Assembly (NCBI GenBank): GCA_963765205.1
Contig: CAVXVB010000005.1
Coordinates: forward strand, 384,001-448,000
DNA length: 64,000 nucleotides
DNA from: an uncultured Verrucomicrobiae bacterium
GTDB lineage: Bacteria > Verrucomicrobiota > Verrucomicrobiia > Opitutales > JABDGR01
Direction: 5' to 3'
Part shown: one piece after another, positions 59,880 to 64,000 of the stretch
Layout: each line of letters begins with the position of its first letter
How positions within the stretch are numbered: the first letter of the stretch is position 1
Translations under genes and position numbers: made by a program
The notes under the pieces: model-generated
What the model was told of the DNA's origin: nothing
The model's input: the letters and a program-made list of their open reading frames with translations, nothing else
Databases searched by the model: none

Positions 59880-60260
59880 TCAAGCCGGTTTCTTTTCAGC
59901 AAACGCCTCGCCGAAAATTTCCTGATAGACGTGACGGAAGGCCTCGCCGTCAATGCGCGAGTAGGTGTTGTCCTCGGTGGCCTTGCCGGCTTGGTAAACG
60001 GCCTTGCTGATCCAGTGCTGTTTGGCAAAGGCATCGCCGTAGAGTGTGAAGGTTGTGTCCTTGTGCTTGGTCGAAAGCTCCTTGAGGTCCTTGAAAGCCG
60101 GCTCCCACTCGACGGTGAAGACGATGCGCCCGGCGGCATCCTCGGCGGCCCCCTCGGGGTCTTTGGCTTTGGCGAGGGCCAGCACGGCGGCGCGCGTCGC
60201 GGCGGCGAGGGCGGGTTGGGCGGCTGACAAGGCGACCAGGTTGCGGACGGGATTTTTCAT
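59880..60260 (-). CDS. Hypothetical protein
   Basis: 126-aa ORF with host-like codon usage downstream of ffh. Confidence 0.7.
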   Translation of the reverse strand: MKNPVRNLVALSAAQPALAAATRAAVLALAKAKDPEGAAEDAAGRIVFTVEWEPAFKDLKELSTKHKDTTFTLYGDAFAKQHWISKAVYQAGKATEDNTYSRIDGEAFRHVYQEIFGEAFAEKKPA

Positions 60261-60261
60261 G

Positions 60262-60388
60262 GATTGCTGATTTATGATTGCTGAATGCTGAATGAAGATT
60301 TCGTTACAGGCGAGAACAAGGTATTAAGGATAGTCGGCTGGGTTTCGGTGTTCAGAATTCAGAAATCAGCATTCAGCAATCAGAATTA
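60262..60388. repeat. 7-mer tandem-repeat hairpin element
   Basis: tgattgctgaatgctga (60275-60291) / tcagcattcagcaatca (60366-60382) form a perfect 17-bp inverted repeat. Confidence 0.8.
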
Positions 60389-60404
60389 AAAACACCGGTC
60401 TCAG

Positions 60405-61787
60405 CTAACGCCGGCCAAAACCTCCACCTATTCCGCCCATCCCACCCATTCCCCCCGGGCCGCCCATCTTGCGGCTCATTTCGGCCATCATCCGCTTGCC
60501 TTTGCCGCCTTTGAACATCTTCAGCATCTTGCGCATTTCCTCGAATTGCTTGAGCAGTTGGTTCACGTCGCGCACCTCGACGCCCGCGCCCTTGGCGATG
60601 CGCATGCGCCGGCTGCCGTTGAGCAGTTGCGGTTTTTGCCGCTCGAGCGGCGTCATCGAGAGGATGATGGCCTCGGTGCGCTTGAGTTTGTTTTCCTCCT
60701 TCGCGCCGATTTCAAAATCGCCCATCCCCGGCATCATTTTCATCACGTTGCCGAGCGGCCCGAGTTTTTTCATCTGCCGCATCTGCGCCAGAAAGTCCTC
60801 CAGATTCATGTCCGCCGACTTCATTTTCTCGGCGAGGCGCTCGGTCTCGGCCTGGTCCAGGTTTTCCTGCGCCTTCTCGACGAGCGAAACCACGTCGCCC
60901 ATGCCCAGGATGCGCTGGGCCATGCGGTCGGGGTGGAAGACGTCGAAGTCCGCGCTCTTTTCGCCGGTGCCCGCGAATTTGACCGGCACGCCGGTCACGG
61001 ATTTCATCGAGAGCGCCGCGCCGCCGCGCGCGTCGCCGTCGAGCTTTGTCAGCACGATGCCGGTCAGTTGCAAGGCTTCATGAAAGGCGCGGGCGACGTT
61101 CACCGCTTCCTGGCCGAGGGCGGCGTCGGCCACGAGCAGGATTTCGTGCGGTTGCACGACCTCGCGCACGCGCTTGATTTCCTCGATCAAGTCCGCAGCG
61201 ATTTGCAGGCGGCCGGCGGTGTCGAAAATCAGCGCATCGGGCGGCGGATGCATGGTCGGAACGTGCGCGAGCGCGCCGCGCGCAATGGCCGGCACGTCCT
61301 TGGTCGCGCGGTTGGCGAAGAAGGCGAGATGCTCAGCCTTCGCCAACGTTTCGAGCTGATCAATGGCGGCGGGGCGTTGGGCGTCGCAGGCCACGAGCAG
61401 GGGCGCGTAACCGCGCTTGTGCAGCAGCCGGCCCAGCTTGGCGGCCGTGGTGGTCTTCCCGGAGCCTTGCAAGCCCACCAGCAGCACGCGCAGCGGTCGC
61501 GCGGTGGAAAACTCCGCGGTGCCTTCGCCCAGCAGCCGCACCAACTCGTCGTGAATTACCTTGACCACTTGCTGGCCGGGGCTGACGGACTGGAGGACTT
61601 CCTGCCCGGCGCACTGTTGCTGCACGCGCTCGACAAAGTCGCCCGCCACCTTGAACTGCACGTCCGCCGCGAGCAACGCCGTGCGCACCTCGGCCAGCGC
61701 CTCGGTCGTGTTCTCGGGCGTGAGTTTGGACAGCCCGCGCAATCGGCGCAGGGCGTGGCTCATCCGGTCGGTCAGGGCTTCGAACAT
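60405..61787 (-). CDS. ffh: Signal recognition particle protein
   Basis: [31 protein letters not shown], Met-rich M domain. Confidence 0.97.
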   Translation of the reverse strand: MFEALTDRMSHALRRLRGLSKLTPENTTEALAEVRTALLAADVQFKVAGDFVERVQQQCAGQEVLQSVSPGQQVVKVIHDELVRLLGEGTAEFSTARPLRVLLVGLQGSGKTTTAAKLGRLLHKRGYAPLLVACDAQRPAAIDQLETLAKAEHLAFFANRATKDVPAIARGALAHVPTMHPPPDALIFDTAGRLQIAADLIEEIKRVREVVQPHEILLVADAALGQEAVNVARAFHEALQLTGIVLTKLDGDARGGAALSMKSVTGVPVKFAGTGEKSADFDVFHPDRMAQRILGMGDVVSLVEKAQENLDQAETERLAEKMKSADMNLEDFLAQMRQMKKLGPLGNVMKMMPGMGDFEIGAKEENKLKRTEAIILSMTPLERQKPQLLNGSRRMRIAKGAGVEVRDVNQLLKQFEEMRKMLKMFKGGKGKRMMAEMSRKMGGPGGMGGMGGIGGGFGRR

Positions 61788-61931
61788 GGCGCGAAAAGGG
61801 CGAGCATGAACAGGAGTTGCCCGGCGCGCAATCCTTCGCCGCTTTGCACTTCAAAAATCAGTTACGTCGCAACCGAGCAACATGACCAGGCACTCCCCTG
61901 CGTTCTTCGCGCCTGGCGGTAAAATCAGTGT

Positions 61932-62333
61932 TCAGACTTCCGCGATAAAATCAACCACCCCGGGCGCGGCGGCCGGTGGGGGCGCCATACTTTCGTGGAG
62001 GATGGCGGGGTCCACGTCGTCGTGCTGCATGAGGCCGAGCAGGGCGACCATGGTGCCGGCGGCGAGAAGCAGGCCGGCGAGGAACAGAATCGTCAGCAAC
62101 GGCGCGTCGTAAATCAAGTGCATGAACCAGAAGATGACGCAGAAAAATTTCACGATGGAGAGGGTGACCAGCGTCGTCATGAGCACCCAGGAGGGCAACG
62201 GCAGAAAAATAACGACGATCTCCACACCGGTGAACACAGACAGGAACAGCGCGAGATTGATAAACGCGTGGTAGCGCCGGTTCTCCTGGACGAGAAGCTC
62301 GGCGTGCGAAAGGGCGTGGGCGGCGGCGCTCAT
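61932..62333 (-). CDS. Cytochrome c oxidase subunit IV (prokaryotic)
   Basis: Three TMs, VKFFCVIFWFMHL; follows subunit III. Confidence 0.85.
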   Translation of the reverse strand: MSAAAHALSHAELLVQENRRYHAFINLALFLSVFTGVEIVVIFLPLPSWVLMTTLVTLSIVKFFCVIFWFMHLIYDAPLLTILFLAGLLLAAGTMVALLGLMQHDDVDPAILHESMAPPPAAAPGVVDFIAEV

Positions 62334-62354
62334 GGGCAAGGTTCGCGGGGGGCG

Positions 62355-63287
62355 TTATTGGGGCGGGTTGTAGCCGGGGATGTATTCGACCAGGTAAACG
62401 GCGGTGAAAATGATGATCCAGACGATGTCCACGAAGTGCCAGTAAAGGCCCATGATTTCGACATCAATGGCCGCGCTGTGCATGTTCTTCTCGAAACGGC
62501 CGGTAAAGGAGTAGAAATACATGGAGACGAGCCAGAGCACGCCGATGGCGACGTGGGTGCCGTGGGTACCGGTCATCAAAAAGAACGTCGAGCCGAAAAC
62601 ACTGTTTTGCATCGAGAGCGACTTTTTCTCGACTTTCTCCTGCTTGAAGGCGGTGACAATCCAATCGTTATGTTTTACGACCTGCTCGGCGGGGGTGAGG
62701 GCCTTGTCCTCCGGCGCGGTGTCGGCCGGGGCGGCCAGCCAGTCAGGATGGGCCGCGAACAGGCGGTGGGCGAGGTCGGCCTTGGCGCGGGTGGCGTCAG
62801 CCGGACCTTCGTAAGTCGAGGAGATGGTTTCGCCGGCGGGGGTCTTCACCGAGAAGGTATACAGCGCATGCCCGTCGAAAAAGTGCGTAAATTCATAGAC
62901 CTGACCGGTGAGGAAGATGAGGCCGAAAATAATCACGCCAATGGTCGCACGGCGAAAACTCTTGATCTGGCCTTTGTGCATGGCCGACACCGCGAGTGCC
63001 ATCAGGAACGAACTCATCAACAGGATGAACGTCGAGAAGGAGGTGAGCTGGATGTCGAACGTGCTCAGGATGTCAATAATGCCCTTGTCCGTCGAGCCGT
63101 AGGGATAGACTTTGCGGTAAACCAGGTGCGTCGAGATGAGCGTGCCGAAGAACATGCAGTCCGACGCGAGAAAGAGCCACATCAGCACTTTTTTCGTCTC
63201 AATCCCGGTGGCGGTGGGCGGATGCGCGTCGTGGGCCTCGGCGGGGCCGGAGGAATCGGCGTGAGCAATGGCGGCGGTGGCGGACAT
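62355..63287 (-). CDS. Cytochrome c oxidase subunit III
   Basis: MWLFLASDCMFFG, STFILLMSS, GQVYEF, TGTHGTHV, LYWHFVDIVW. Confidence 0.92.
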   Translation of the reverse strand: MSATAAIAHADSSGPAEAHDAHPPTATGIETKKVLMWLFLASDCMFFGTLISTHLVYRKVYPYGSTDKGIIDILSTFDIQLTSFSTFILLMSSFLMALAVSAMHKGQIKSFRRATIGVIIFGLIFLTGQVYEFTHFFDGHALYTFSVKTPAGETISSTYEGPADATRAKADLAHRLFAAHPDWLAAPADTAPEDKALTPAEQVVKHNDWIVTAFKQEKVEKKSLSMQNSVFGSTFFLMTGTHGTHVAIGVLWLVSMYFYSFTGRFEKNMHSAAIDVEIMGLYWHFVDIVWIIIFTAVYLVEYIPGYNPPQ

Positions 63288-63318
63288 GGGAAGGGGAAAA
63301 TTCGGCGGGCGGACGATT

Positions 63319-63999
63319 TTAATGATGGGCGGCGGCAGGCGCGCGGCCGTAAGCGGGGGTAGGCTTGGGGGGCATGGATTCAAACGGGACGGCAAGGTGG
63401 TAGCCGCCGGGTCCTTCAATGGCCCACAGATAAATGAAAAATGTCGTCGTCACCAAGCCGCTGATCGCGAGATAGCCGCAATAGGGCACCCCCGCGCTCA
63501 TCAGCACGACGCCCATGCCCAAAATGAAGAAGCCGAAGCCCGCGCCCATCGGCATCCAGGACTGGCTGGGCATGTGGACGCCATGCGACACGTCGGCCTG
63601 ATCGTATTCGATGGGAATATCATGATGCTTGGCCATCCACCAAGCATCGCGGCAGGAGACGATGGGCAGGCGGACATAATTATAATCGGGCACCGGGCTG
63701 GGCAGCGACCATTCGAGCGTGCGGCCGCCCCATGGATCCGGACCGCAGCCGCGCTTTTTGCTGCGGACGGTGATGACGAGGTCGAGGAAGCAGAGGAAGA
63801 CGCCGATGCCCAAAATATAGGCACCCATGGTCGAGACAAAATTCCACAGGTTCCAACCCTTGTCCGGCAGGTAGGTGTAGGTGCGGCGTGTCATGCCGAT
63901 CAAGCCAAGGTAGTGCATCGGGAAAAACGCGACATTGAACCCGACGATGACGAGGCCCGCGACCCAGTAGCCAAGTTTCTGGTTAATCATCTTGCCGAA
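63319..63999 (-). CDS. Cytochrome c oxidase subunit I, C-terminal part (5' end outside window)
   Basis: FFPMHYLGLIGMTRR, DPWGGRTLEW, HMPSQS extension with two extra TMs. Confidence 0.92.
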   Translation of the reverse strand, partial: FGKMINQKLGYWVAGLVIVGFNVAFFPMHYLGLIGMTRRTYTYLPDKGWNLWNFVSTMGAYILGIGVFLCFLDLVITVRSKKRGCGPDPWGGRTLEWSLPSPVPDYNYVRLPIVSCRDAWWMAKHHDIPIEYDQADVSHGVHMPSQSWMPMGAGFGFFILGMGVVLMSAGVPYCGYLAISGLVTTTFFIYLWAIEGPGGYHLAVPFESMPPKPTPAYGRAPAAAHH

Positions 64000-64000
64000 A

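Overview
GC-rich bacterial chromosomal segment. Gene content and sequence style suggest Verrucomicrobiota/Opitutae (inference). Housekeeping and metabolic genes: pullulanase-like 3' end, ExbB/ExbD/TonB-like, M3 oligopeptidase, PGM/PMM, UDPGP-family pyrophosphorylase, FtsB-like, cmk-plsC fusion, hisA, lpdA, ffh, cytochrome c oxidase I/III/IV and tRNA-Pro(TGG). Plant-polysaccharide catabolism: pectinesterase, GH51, KdgD-like and KGSA dehydrogenase. Accessory or poorly characterised modules: (i) a four-gene minus-strand operon (FHA-like/Zn-ribbon/TRAFAC GTPase, GAP1-N2-type TM protein, 976-aa helical TM protein, GYF-TM protein) that looks like a membrane-spanning variant of the GTPase-centred ternary conflict systems and is the best candidate for an uncharacterised system; (ii) an 8-gene MoxR-vWA-ABC operon; (iii) a three-gene minor-pilin cassette ending in an HpsA-like domain; (iv) a barrel-less autotransporter-repeat surface protein; (v) a small tRNA-adjacent islet with an Mrr-N-like gene and a type II toxin-antitoxin pair. 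The predicted surface proteins are rich in N-X-S/T sequons. Intergenic DNA carries many 7-mer/9-mer tandem-repeat hairpins that often end near start codons, and several genes look leaderless. About 12 single-base frameshifts, all in short homopolymer runs, most likely reflect long-read consensus errors, so split ORFs are joined here. All calls come from motif recognition by eye; no searches were run.
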